The notes beneath the pieces are model-generated. The model was not told the origin of the DNA. It made no database searches and saw nothing but the letters and a program-made list of their open reading frames with translations. 64,000 nucleotides of DNA from Carcharhinus amblyrhynchos (Eukaryota): contig OZ336873.1 of assembly GCA_965287045.1 (NCBI GenBank), forward strand, positions 113,398,001-113,462,000. The letters run 5' to 3'. Numbering within the stretch: the stretch's first letter is position 1; each line of letters begins with the position of its first letter. A program made the position numbers and the translations under genes. This document shows, piece by piece, positions 25,201 through 35,654 of this stretch.

Positions 25201-27510
25201 TTTTATTTTGTATATTTAGTTTATATCAAAATATATATTGCAGTACCAACATAACCTGTGAAACTAAACACAAGAACCTTGCGTTTCTTTAGTCAGACTT
25301 TAACTATTTTAACAGACTTTAAGTAACAGGCAACTAACCTCTCATGGGTCTAAATTGTCAGAAGTGTCAAAAATAGTGTTAATTACAATGTGGATAGGCC
25401 AAACCTGTTAAACCATAAGATAAGCCCGCCATCCCAGAAATGAGTTGCATGAACGTTCTCTGAACTGTTCTCGTGCAATAGTATCTTTTACTTGCAACAA
25501 AGTTGGCTGAAAGTAAACAAATAATGAACAATCACATGACTTTTTTCACCACATGCCAGCATTCTGATGAGCTATTGTTCAAAGCAGTGTCCTCATTTAG
25601 CATGCTATGTTATTGTTACTGTGAAATTAAACAATATTGAATTCCAAAGCTCCGAACAATCCTCATGTAATTACTTCAGCCGCAAGCAAAATTGCAGCAG
25701 AAAATAGCCCTTCAGTGTAATGCATGCAGAAGCCTGTTCTCCATATTATTTCAGTGACTTCAAATGAAGAGAACTATTGTATCCTGGTGGGCGGTGTGTG
25801 TGGGGAGGGATGGAAATACCTTAGCCAGATTTAACAAAGCTGCCAGGTGACTTTATTCTTTATATTCAAAAGCAAATATACAGAAGTGTTTGGAACCAAA
25901 TTCATCAGAAATTGAATCTCTTCCCTTTCCTTTTTTTAATTAAACCCTATTGAGGCAAAATAATGAATGTTAGTTGTTTGAACTGGCATTGATCATTCAA
26001 ACTGTAGGAAATAAATGTTTGGACAAAGGAACCATAATTGAGTTAATAAATCTTGCGAAGTTCCTCTGACCTGGTCAAGTAACTTAATATTAAGGAGACA
26101 GATGTTGGCAGTGGTGCAAATATTTTTTAGAACTTTGCTTGGGTTTAATACTGGGTTTTATGTCCAATAATGGTTTGAGGCAAAACAGATGGCACCGTAA
26201 CAGGCAAATAGTGTTTTTTTTTGACTTGTTTTCAATGAAACAAAGCCAATTTCTGATCTTCTTATCTGCAGAACATTCAGACAGTGACGATGATGCAACC
26301 AAGCGTAACATCTTTGTAGAACTGATTGTTCTTACGGCTTTAGTACTGTTTGTATTGATGGTATGTTTTAGCAGTATCTACACCTGGATCAGATGGAAAA
26401 GGTAAGAGCATTTAAAAGGAATTTAGGACTTGGTGGCAGAAGTAAGCCATTTGGCCTGTCAAACTCCAGTAAAAAGTCCAACGCCGGCATACCCACATCC
26501 TGTCAAACTCCACACAGACAGTGACCCAAGCCAGGAGTTGAACCCAGTCCCTGGCACTGTCAGGCAGCAGTGTTAACCACTATGCCACCATGCTATCCTG
26601 GCTACACCCCTTTATTGACTCTCCATCTTCTCTTGACAACTTACTTTCCTACTTGCTGTCCTCAGTAAATTTAACTTCCATACATTTTGTAATTTCATCC
26701 AAGTATATGATGTAGATTATAAATAGTTGAAAACCCAGGACTAATCCCTATGGCACTCGACTAGTTATAGCTTGCCAAGATGGAAAAGGTCTGTTTATTC
26801 CTGCTGTTAGCTTCCTGTTAGCCAGCCAATTGTTTATCCATGCTAATAGGTTACTCCCTACACCATGTTCTTTTCTCCTTTCTTGTGACCTTTGATGTTA
26901 TACCTTAGCAAATGGCTTTTGGAAATCCAGGTACACTACATCTACAGATGCCCCTTTATCCACTTAATGTAATGGCAATGTGGCTTGTTCCTAACATCAA
27001 ATCACCCATGGTTTTAAAAATATAATCAGAAATCCAAAGCTCACAAAAATTGCTTAAAAATATGCTCATTTCTATGTGACTGCAATAATCATATGGCAAC
27101 TAATATGTAAATGTTAATACTTGTTAATGTTACTGTTCCACTGGACAGCTACATCTGCTAGCTATAAACATGATTTCAATATACCTTTTCCTCGGCTCTA
27201 ATGCATCACTTATAAACAAGGTGGAGGTTAAATACTAAACATGTTTCCCTTGCAAAAACATTTAATTGCAGAAAAGATTGGAAACATGCTTTATTACGAA
27301 ATTACATGTACATACCTGATGTATATCATGTTGAAGTAATATAGTAAGTGAAATCATGAAGAGGTGTAGTAACATTTGTATTAATAACTACTTTCCTGAA
27401 ATTCATTTTTATTACTTTTCTTTCCTAGATTGATTGCAAAGAAGAAACCTAACATGTTGCTCAATGACGACATCAAGGATGTCACAAAAAACATCTACAT
27501 AGACTGTTAA
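7125..27510 (+). CDS. il13ra2: Interleukin-13 receptor subunit alpha-2, spliced CDS join(7125..7200,7317..7468,10474..10627,14665..14785,16871..17055,20280..20425,24658..24805,26272..26401,27429..27510), 397 aa
   Basis: Manual splicing gives an open 1194-nt frame with GT-AG at every junction. Motifs match IL13RA2 as I know it: VDPPADLQVTDLGHLG, DGFNLNKGI, QCTNGTEQQSDW, CINGSS, VNMFCADESIWSDWS. A single TM helix is followed by a short tail with no Box1 PxP, unlike IL13RA1. Confidence 0.93.
7317..7468 (+). CDS. il13ra2: il13ra2 exon 3, D1 N-half (VDPPADLQVTDLGHLG...DSTNCK)
   Basis: TTTTGTTCCAG| acceptor, AAG|GTAAAT donor, 152 nt. Confidence 0.93.
8888..9455 (+). mobile_element. CR1-clade LINE 3' end (young subfamily)
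   Basis: ORF2 C-terminus LEGVQRRFTRLI...FFTQRVVNLWNSLP and a (TTCTTATG)n tail. Confidence 0.92.
9520..10072 (+). mobile_element. CR1-clade LINE internal ORF2 fragment
   Basis: KSPGLDGMHPRVLKE...DWKTANVTPLFK...NYRPVSL. Confidence 0.88.
10474..10627 (+). CDS. il13ra2: il13ra2 exon 4, D1 C-half (RVITKQLEYTDGFNLNKGI...YWPPMD)
   Basis: TTCTTCTGATAG| acceptor, G|GTAAAT donor, 154 nt. Not in the ORF track; translated by hand. Confidence 0.93.
10750..11190. mobile_element. Palindromic MITE-like element with an insert at its centre
   Basis: GAAATGCTGGAAAATCTCAGCAGGTCTGGCA...TTTGTCAAAG is the reverse complement of CTTTGACAAA...TGCCAGAACTGCTGAGATTTTCCAGCATTTTC. Confidence 0.75.
12380..13480. mobile_element. 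GC-rich non-autonomous TIR element with C-rich interior
   Basis: GC-rich block with GGGAGATT...AAAATCCATCCC-type ends. Similar ends occur at 457-583, 7508-7693 and ~33250-34170, the last with a G-rich interior. Family not identified. Confidence 0.45.
14060..14425 (+). mobile_element. Old DeuSINE (SacSINE1/AmnSINE1-like)
   Basis: Deu-domain-like AAGACCCCATGGCCATATTC..AGAGCAGG..TATCCTTCAACCAACATCA..TGCTGTGTGCAAATTGGC. Related copies at ~8422-8615(+), ~29380-29690(-), ~34525-34670(-), ~56455-56685(+) and ~62100-62300(+). Confidence 0.65.
14665..14785 (+). CDS. il13ra2: il13ra2 exon 5, D2 N-half (HADSKVRDLQCVVYNLEHMNCVW...YRLYYW)
   Basis: Pyrimidine tract + TTAG| acceptor, TG|GTATGT donor, 121 nt, class I cytokine receptor C-x9-C-x-W. 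Confidence 0.93.
16871..17055 (+). CDS. il13ra2: il13ra2 exon 6, D2 C-half (HEDLQHTMECDNYI...LQLQDL)
   Basis: ATCAG| acceptor, G|GTAACA donor, 185 nt. Confidence 0.93.
17490..18570 (+). mobile_element. CR1 LINE 3' end (~17915-18405) nested in an older RT-bearing LINE fragment
   Basis: LERVQKRLTRML..LRGDLIEVY, flanked by degraded NIKVAFDQMWH and FVDDYTI RT motifs. Confidence 0.75.
18685..19240. mobile_element. Palindromic MITE-like element of the same family with a SINE at its centre
   Basis: Inverted arms at ~18685-18770 and ~19140-19240. Confidence 0.7.
18771..19120 (+). mobile_element. tRNA-derived V-SINE (HE1-like), full length, CR1-type tail
   Basis: A box TAGCACAGTAGTTAGC, B box GGTTCGATTCC, V core TGTGTGGAGTTTGCACATTCTCC, tail GATGGGCCGAAGGGCCTC, ATGACT direct repeat at both ends. 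Confidence 0.88.
19246..19826. mobile_element. Two head-to-head V-SINEs (19246-19478 -, 19562-19826 +) with the alternative tail
   Basis: Same head and core, tail TTCATTGCAGTRTTAATGT...TTACTTGTG...AATAAAC. Confidence 0.85.
20280..20425 (+). CDS. il13ra2: il13ra2 exon 7, D3 N-half (VKVAAPDLINL...CLKYEVQF...NWQ)
   Basis: CTTTTAG| acceptor, CAG|GTATGC donor, 146 nt. Confidence 0.92.
20938..21180 (+). mobile_element. V-SINE, alternative tail
   Basis: GTGGTTAGCACTGCTG...GGTTCGATTCC...TAATAAATAAAC. Confidence 0.82.
22537..24518 (-). mobile_element. CR1-clade LINE, 5'-truncated, RT domain nearly intact (young subfamily), il13ra2 intron 7
   Basis: 407-aa ORF with DFQKAFDKVPH, GVPQGSVLGP and KFADDTK. 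Stop at 24012-24014, frameshift in the poly-G at ~22805, microsatellite tail. Confidence 0.95.
24658..24805 (+). CDS. il13ra2: il13ra2 exon 8, D3 C-half with WSDWS
   Basis: TTTGTTTCCAG| acceptor, G|GTATGT donor, 148 nt, encodes YCVRVRATVNMFCADESIWSDWS. Confidence 0.93.
24834..25127 (-). mobile_element. V-SINE, alternative tail, ~30 nt downstream of il13ra2 exon 8
   Basis: Full head, core and tail on the - strand. Confidence 0.85.
26272..26401 (+). CDS. il13ra2: il13ra2 exon 9, transmembrane exon
   Basis: CTTATCTGCAG| acceptor, AG|GTAAGA donor, 130 nt, hydrophobic IFVELIVLTALVLFVLMVCFSSIYTWI then RWK. Confidence 0.9.
27429..27510 (+). CDS. il13ra2: il13ra2 terminal exon, cytoplasmic tail (R)LIAKKKPNMLLNDDIKDVTKNIYIDC*
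   Basis: Long pyrimidine tract + CCTAG| acceptor, phase matches exon 9, TAA at 27508-27510, AATAAA 155 nt later. Confidence 0.78.
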
Positions 27511-27665
27511 ACTTTGCTTATGCTGTCTGAGTATTGTTGAATATTGATGGATCCCAGTTATTGCATAGTAAATATATCCATTTTTAACTTTCATTTTCAC
27601 TTTGTAGTGACCAGGTGAAAAGGGGTGAACTGGTTTCCCTCAATCCAACCTCCTTGGTTGGTCAC

Positions 27666-27671
27666 AATAAA
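27666..27671 (+). terminator. Candidate polyadenylation signal AATAAA of il13ra2
   Basis: First AATAAA after the stop codon, with T/GT-rich sequence downstream. Confidence 0.5.
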
Positions 27672-29094
27672 AGTTTCTCTATTAATGAGGATTTACCTTT
27701 TCCAAATCAGAATGTGTTTTACTATAAAAGCTGAGAGCAATAAGGAGTCAGTCAAAGAAAGTTTTCTTGAGTCAAAGAACGAGCAAATTTATTAACTATT
27801 AAACCTGAGAAAAATAAGAAAAACACAATGTCAAGAATTCGAAGCTTGTGCAGTTTTGTACACACTCGGGTATCAGAAATAAGGGAAATTAGAGCTCAGT
27901 AGAAAAATAAATATAGAGATCATTGTCCTTTGAAAGTCTTTAAGGCATAGCTTTTAAATATTGCGGGCAATTTGTGTTAGCTGATTTCTTGAATGTGGTC
28001 AGACCCAGAAGATGTTGCAATTATTACGAGATCTCAGTTTGCTAGTAGGTTTATGGTAAGGCGACATTCCCATATTTAAAAGAGAGAGAAGGAGAGAGCA
28101 TTCCTCAGTTTGTTTCCTCTGCTGGGCAGATTGAAACTGCCTATATTGCTTGCAATCCTTCACAAGTGGCTGGCCGCCTTGGTTTGAAATACTTCATCCA
28201 TTGTGTATTTCCGAGAGGTTTTGTGTGGTCTGCCTGTGGCAGCCATTGATTCAATATCCAGTATTTTGTATTTTTAATGTCTTTTTTTTTCAACAATTAA
28301 GAGTTTAGATTTGTGTCTTGACTACAGAAAATATCTCTCTCCCTCCACACTCTCCTGAGAGTGAATTGTTGGTTTTCACCTCCACCTTGGAATGTGGCCT
28401 TGCATTTTTTAAGCAGTTTGCATTGTCTCAGTTCAAATTGCAAAACATCCAGTCATCTGAAAATAGAACAATCTTATTTTCAAAGATAAAGGGAGTCAGG
28501 ATGGTGGAAGACTTGGAAGGGAGTTGGCTTTCCTGTATGCCTGCCACCTTTATTTTCTTAGATGGCCAAGTTTGCTGGTTTGGAAGGTGTTGTTGAAGGA
28601 ACCTTGGTGAGTTGCTGCCAAGTTTAATCTTTAAGCTGATCTTTTTTCCTAGTAGTGTGACGCCTAAAATAGTGCCTTGGGTGGAAATATGATTTATAGG
28701 AAAAGTGCTTAGATGTACTGTGGTGATTTTTGTATTTAGACAATTGTGTTAATTCTTGCAAAAACTCTTGGCTGTTTTTGATAATCATTTGTGAAATACA
28801 TTTATGAATCAAAAGGACCAAGTCTTCTGCGGGAAACATTATAACTGAAAAACAGATGAAATAGGTGAATAAGATAATCAATGTTTCCAGCTTAATGGGT
28901 TTATAATCATTTAAATATGCACCTTAATGCTGTTTAACAACATTTAAAAAAAAAGCTCCCATCTTTAGCAGTGCCACATCAAAAAATTGCAGTCATTTTT
29001 AGCTGCTGAATGTTCATGTAACATGAGCAGGCAAAGGTTTCCGGGTGGTTTCCTGGGCTCAATATAAAATTGTTCTTTGCAATCTCCTTGATAA

Positions 29095-29335
29095 GAACAT
29101 AAGAGCTAGAAGCAGGAGTTGGCCATCTGGCTCCTCGAGCCTGCTCCGCCATTCAATAAGATGATGGCTGATCTTTGCGTGGACTCAGCTCCACTTACCT
29201 GCCCGCTCACCATAACCCTTAATTCCTTTATTGTTCAAAAATTTATCTTGCCCTAAAAACATTCAAGGAGGTAACCTCAACTGCTTCACTGGGCGGCAAA
29301 ATTTCACAATTCACTATCCTTTGTGTGAAGAAGTT
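29095..29335 (-). mobile_element. CR1 LINE 3' tail fragment
   Basis: AAGAACATAAGA...GGCCATCTGGCTCCTCGAGCCTGCTCCGCCATTCAATAAGAT, shared with the other copies. Confidence 0.8.
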
Positions 29336-29874
29336 GTGTGAAGAAATTAATTAACAAGGCCACAAAAATGCTCTGAAAGCTCTGGTGCAAAAGTGAAGAC
29401 AAAAACTGATAAACAATGAGTATCCTTTATGAGTTATGTCCCTCAGAAACATCCCACATTGCTTCACCCTGGAGCAAACTCAGTTGACTCAGTTAGTTAA
29501 GAAAATACAGAAGCCATTTTGTACAAAGTGGGGTCTTGCTGGCAGCATTGAAAGAAATGGCTAGATAATGTTTTTGTTGAAAGAATGTTGAAGAGAACAT
29601 CAGGAGAACACCACTTACCTCTTCTAAGGAGATCATGGAAGCAAACAGCACATGCAGATGGAGCTTTGGCTTAATGTCTCACCCAAAGCATTTAAAATGC
29701 TTTGTAAAATGAAAACACAAGTGTAAGTTGACATTGTACAGTTGTATTTTTGATTGATATTTGGTATACTTGTCATTCAGATGTAAAACTTTTCAATTAA
29801 AATATATTTCTTCACTGCATTGACTAATTGAATTAAGAACTTGGAGCAAGATTGGCACAGTGGGGATTTCTTAT

Positions 29875-30356
29875 CATAGAACATAGAACATTACAGCGCA
29901 GAACAGGCCCTTCGGCCCACGATGTTGCGCCGACCAGCTTTTAAAAAAAACAACACTAACCCACTAATCTAAACCTATCCCATTTCGTCCATAAACCTAT
30001 CCACAGATCTCTTAAACGCCCCCAAACTAGGCGCATTTACAACTGCAGCTGGCAGGGCATTCCAGTCCCTCACCACCCTCTGGGTAAAGAACCTACCCCT
30101 GACATCAGTCCTATAACTACCCCCCCTTAATTTAAAGCCGTGCCCCCTCGTGCTAGCTTTCTCCATCCTAGGAAAAAGGCTATCACTATCCACCCTGTCT
30201 AAACCTCTAATCATCTTATATGTTTCAATAAGGTCCCCTCTTAGCCGCCTTCTTTCCAGCGAAAACAACCCCAAATCTCTCAGTCTCTCCTCGTAGGATC
30301 TCCCCTCCATACCAGGCAACATCCTGGTAAACCTCCTCTGCACCCTCTCCAAAGCC
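29875..30356 (-). mobile_element. CR1 LINE 3' end (second subfamily)
   Basis: ERVQRRFTRMLPGM...FFTQRVVRDWNALP and a (TTCTATG)n tail. Confidence 0.9.
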
Positions 30357-31287
30357 TGATCGGTGTCCTGATTCTCTTAAAAACTTAAAAAAAATTAAAG
30401 AATGAAGTTTGCAAAGGCAACATCATAGCTCAAGACGTAACTAAAATTTATTAAAAACATGAAAAATCATTTACAAAACAAGACAAGACCTACAGCCATG
30501 GGAGACCTTCAGATCGTTAAATAACTCTGGATCAGTGCCAAAGACCTCTCCAAAGATCTGAGGCACTGAGCCAAAATCCATTGTAATTTATACCCTTTGC
30601 TATCTAAGATATACTTCTAATAAGCTTAGATTTGATTTCATTTCATATTAACATATCAGTACAAAATATGACAGATTATCTCAGCCAATTGGGATGCATT
30701 ACTAGACTTAATGATTTTTCATTGCCAATCAGAATAAAACACATTTTTCTGCCTCTGGCAAGGGTCATTTCCTTGTTGCTATTACATCTAAGGACTCTTC
30801 TACTCAAATACTATTCTGACATGCATACTGCCAGAACAATCTGAAAGTGTCTTCTCTGGGCCCAGGAAGTGACACTTTCTATGTCTTGAACAATAGGACC
30901 TTTTACTTTAAACATTAAGTGTTTCAAAAACTGTCCCCAGGCTCAGAACTATATTGTATGTTTCTGCTAATTAATGGGTTTAGCTGTTGAAACTTTGAGC
31001 TTCCATTGTCTTTTCTGCGCTTGAATTTTTGACTGAGGTGAACAAATCTATTTAAATTAAATTTAATATATATTAACATATATTATTTAACATACAAATA
31101 TTTAACACAACTTACTTAACATTAAAATTATATCTCATTCATTTTAATAGTGTCTTGGCATTCACACGTGAGCAAACTGTTAACATCGTCTTGTTAGGTA
31201 AATATCTTAACTCTTTCCTTCCTAACTGTTAGTAAAACTAAAAATCTGCCTGTAGCTCTGCTAATTAACTCAGAACTCACCTCCACA

Positions 31288-31535
31288 AATGGTTAGCAAT
31301 GCTGTCTCATAGCGCCAGGGACCCTGGATTGAATTCCAGCCTCGGGTCACTCTCTGTGTGGAGTCAGCATGTTCTCCCCGTGTCTATGTGGGTTCCCCCC
31401 CCGCCGACCCCCCCAGTGCTCTGGTTTCCTCTCTCAGTCCAAAGATGTGCGGGTTAGGCTGATTGCCACGCTAAATTGTCCTGTAGCGTAAGGGGATTAG
31501 CCGGGTAAATATGTGGGGTTACAGGGTAGATTTGT
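31288..31535 (+). mobile_element. V-SINE
   Basis: TGGTTAGCAATGCTG...TGTGTGGAGTC...CAGTCCAAAGATGTGCGGGTTAGG. Confidence 0.78.
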
Positions 31536-33702
31536 TGTCATAGACATCGGCAAGATGTCAATCATGAGCTGCCTCCGTTGCCTCTGAACATGCTGTGTGG
31601 TGGTAGGAAAATCCCACCCATTGTCATTGGTCAGGTTTCAGTCCTGTTCTCTTCCCTCTAGCCCTTAGACAGAACTAACTTTGCAGCAACTGAGGGATTG
31701 TTATCCAAGGACTTGCTTCATGCATCCATTAACTTGTGTGTAAGTTCCATGTGACTTTAAGAAACTGAAATGGCCGAGACCTTGAAGCACAGAAACAGAC
31801 CATTTAATTGACCCACCCATTTTTATTCAATGTTTCTGCTCCACATGAGTCTCACCCACCAGGCTGGGGTTGTTTCCTTTTGAGTGGAGAGGCTGAGAGG
31901 GGACCTCGTAGAGGTGTGCAAAATTATGAGGGACTGAAAAGGGTAGAAAGGAAGAAACATTTCTCCTTAGTAGAGGGGTTAATAAGCATGGGGTGTAGAC
32001 TTAAAGGGATTTGAGGAAAACCCTTCTAACCTGAGGATGTTAGGAGTCCGGAACCTACTGCCTGAAAGGGTGATAGAGGCAGGAACCCTCACAGCATTTA
32101 ATAAACAATTAGATGAGCAGTTGAGACATCATAGTATACAAAGCTATGGAAAATGGAATTGGAATAGATATTCAGCACAGATGTAATGGGCTGAAGGGCC
32201 TCTTGCTGGCTGCTTACACTTGAAATCGTACAATCCCTACAGTGCAGAAGAGGCATTTGGCCCAATGAGCCTGCAGCAATCCTCTGAAAGAGCACCCAAG
32301 GTAGGCCCAAACCCCGCCTTAACCACACAGAGTATATAACACCAAGGAGTAACATAGATAACATAGACCCAAGGAGAACTGGGAAGAACCTGAAATAGTG
32401 AAACTGCTAAAACAGAGGATCTGGAAAATTAGTTTTTAAGCTTCACAGCAGAAGTCAGCAGGAACGGGATGAAATTGCTCCTTCCCACACTTCCTACTTG
32501 TTCTGATTAAAGCATGGTTAATTGGAAATGTTTCAAATACCCATCTCTTAGGAGATAAAATCATGACCTACAACTCAAAAGTACATTATTGGCTTTAAGA
32601 TAGCCTATGGTTGTGAAGTGCTCTATGTAAATGCAAGTTTTTAATGTAACCTGTTACTGTGCAAAATCTGATTTCCTTTTTCTAAAATTAGATACATGGA
32701 GGGATTTAAATGGAAATACAAGTTTGACGACTGGCGTATTATTAATCAATTTAATTCATCTGATCTCCGGGGAATCAAACCTGACATTTTGTCAATTATT
32801 GTTTGCAAATGGATCATTCGTGTCTTTGTCTCTCCACAAGCTCTTGCACACACTTATTTAAAATGTAGAATAAATTAGATCTCTGTGAGTCTCCTGATAT
32901 CAACTGAGAGATCTCAATTCTAAGATGCGTAATTTATTATCTAAAATATATAGGTGCAGGGAAAAAGAAACATCATGCCAACTATCTTGTGTTACTTTGC
33001 TATGAATATATGTTGGCAAAATTATATTTGAAGCCTTCGGGCATGAATGCTTTTAAATTAAATTGATTAATAATACTGTAGTGCAGTCCAGTTGTCAAAC
33101 TGTATTTCCATTTAAATCCTTCCATGTATCTGATTTTAGAAAAAGATAAATCAGATCTTTATGCAATAACAGGTTACATTAAAAACTTGCATTTACATAG
33201 AGGACTTCACATAGGCTATCTTAAAGTCAATAATGTACTTTTGAGGTGTAGGTTGTGATTTTACCTTCTCGTCCCACAGGCCGCTGGTGGTGCTAGCTGG
33301 TAAAATCATGAGAGAGCCAAGAAATTGATCTCTTGCCTCTCGCAAACTTGCCAGCACCAGATATCCACTGAAAGAGGCTGATTGTAATATTTAAATACTA
33401 CGTTAAATAGCATTAAATTTTACAACTGAGCCAGGGACGCTATTGTCCAGGATCGCTTGTCTCTGTGGCCTCGCTCGTGAAGGTTCTCTTGGCGAGGATC
33501 ATGTCTGGTCCCAGGCTTGATGGCCTTGCCAGTCGGACCAGAAGCCATTGAGGCCGCCCCTGGAGATCGTACCACAAGGTGGTGCACTGCCACAGTGGCA
33601 ATTCGTTTTGGGCACTGGGCAGTGCCAAGGTGGTGGGGCATGAGGGCGCAAACAGGATTGGACCAATCAGGGGGACTGCTGCGCACTCTGCAACAATGAT
33701 CT

Positions 33703-33890
33703 GGGGAGGGGGATGAGGGGGGGGGGGTGGTGGCAGGGGTGGGGGGGGGTGGCGGGGTGTGGGGGGGGCAGGCGGGGTGGGGTGGTGGCGGGGGGGTGGT
33801 GGGGGCGGCGGCGGGCAGCGGGGCAGTGGGGCGGAGGGGGGGTGGGGGCGACGGCGGTGGGGGTGGGTGGCGGGGTTTGGTGGGGGATGT
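33703..33890 (+). repeat. G-rich low-complexity tract (G4-prone)
   Basis: Dense (GGGG[T/C])n runs. Similar tracts at ~17320-17500 (G-rich) and ~57960-58110 (C-rich). Confidence 0.85.
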
Positions 33891-35654
33891 GTGTAGTGAT
33901 TGGCCATGAAGCAGGGATAGCTGGTGTGGCAGTGGCAGTGACAGGTCTCTGTGCTCAATGAACACAAAGATCTGAGCATGTGCAATTGTGCCCCCTGTTG
34001 CTATCAGCTGGCTTTCAGGCCCATGCTCCCTGCTGGCAAGAAACCAGTTTGGCCTAATTTTTTTGACAGTCAGGTATGATACAATCTTTAAGTTGCCTTA
34101 AAAAAATGGTGCAAATGTTGCCCATTTTCACACTTGTTTGGCACTTATAATTATTTTGATAAGGTTGCACCTGTGATTGCTGTGTAGGAAAAAGTGGCAG
34201 CCATCTTAAACAAAGCAAAACCCCAGACTCCACACCTCTTCAGGTAGTTCACAGTCAATGAATGGAGTGCAGTAACTGATGTAGGGAAACATGACAGGTG
34301 AGGTTCTACAAACAGCATTGACATAACAACCAGTTAACCTGCTTTTGTCAATGACACAGAGCATTTGAATGGCTTTGTGTATGATTATCTAATGATTGCT
34401 GGAATACTTCTGTCGACTTCATCAGAAATTAAATGTACTTGAAGTTTTTATAAGTGAGGGCATTTGGTAGAAATATGACGGTAGAAAGAACTTTATTTTT
34501 TTTGGAGTGGAACTATTAATAGGAAAAACTTTATATAGTGTCTTTCATAACTTCAAGTCATTGCAAAGTGCTTTACAGCCAATGAAGCCCTTTTTACAGA
34601 ATAATCATCGTTGTCAAAAGAGAAGCGGCATTTTGTGCACAGCAAAATCCCACAAACAGCAGTGTGATTAAGTAAATGACTGGTTCCGCCAATCTGCCAT
34701 TCACACCATTTGAGTTAGATTTTTTGTTTCTTTTCCTATTCTACTACTGTTTTCTTTGGTTTGCCACCAGCAACTCATTGGTTATTTAATCTTTCCTGTC
34801 TTGCATCCAAACACAGGCATTCCCTTTGTTATTTCTCCACCCTCTCCACATTCAAATGTCTAATTTTCCCAGTTTTGATGTGAGGTTATCCACTTGAAAC
34901 ATTAAATCTGGCACAGATTTTCATCATGACCGCGAGGCTCCTTGTTGCGGTGAAAGTGCCAGGGGAGCCAGGAAATTCTAAGTCCCACCCAAGAACGTGT
35001 CACTGCAGGGACTGGAGTCAGACAGGAGTTGAGTATACCATTTAAATCATCAGCTGCTTCAATTGAAGTGCTAGGTCAGAAGTGTGAAATCCAGTCTGTG
35101 TAAGTTAGATCAGATAAGATCTGGTCTGAATTTGGTGGATTCTTTTCAATAGCCAGGTTATCCCTTTGGAGAGATAAGACACTCCTTTTTGCTATGGTCC
35201 TAGGACACCTTTGGTAAGGCACCATTTGGGATTATTGAAATGAAACTAATTGTGCATAAGAAGTGCAGGAACTAATTGGAACTGCTAAAGCTGTCAAGGA
35301 ACTGTCAAAAGGTATTAGATAAATTGAAATGGGTAAAGGCAAAGCATAGAGGTGGGAGGCATGTTTTGATATATATGTCAACCCATGGGAAGGGTGAGTG
35401 ACGTTTATTGTTTTAACTTTTTAAATTTAAGTCAACAAAGTGTTAGGCATTCCTCCTAGTCTGCCTCCATACTTGGCAGTTTCTCTGCACTTATTCTGGG
35501 TCTGGAGGGCCCAAGTCCTAATCCAGCCCACACACCCGGAACAAAAATCCAACTGCAGGTAGCCATTATTAAAGATCGAGTTTGCAGAACCAGGAATTCT
35601 CTCCACTCTGCATGCCTGACCTGAGTGTAAATTTCTGGGGCCCCTGCTCTGTCT

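Noticed and set aside
27603-28500. Possible solo LTR starting TGTAGTGACC and supplying the il13ra2 poly(A) signal
   Set aside because: I could not identify a matching CA end, TSD or second copy; a repeat-library search is needed.
32690-32880. Acceptor-like site and 60-aa ORF in AT-rich unique DNA
   Set aside because: No homology, no donor and no supporting exons.
33420-33985. Two 181-aa proline-rich ORFs (similar ORFs at 12548-13316 and 17225-17527)
   Set aside because: They are translations of G/C low-complexity tracts within repeats.
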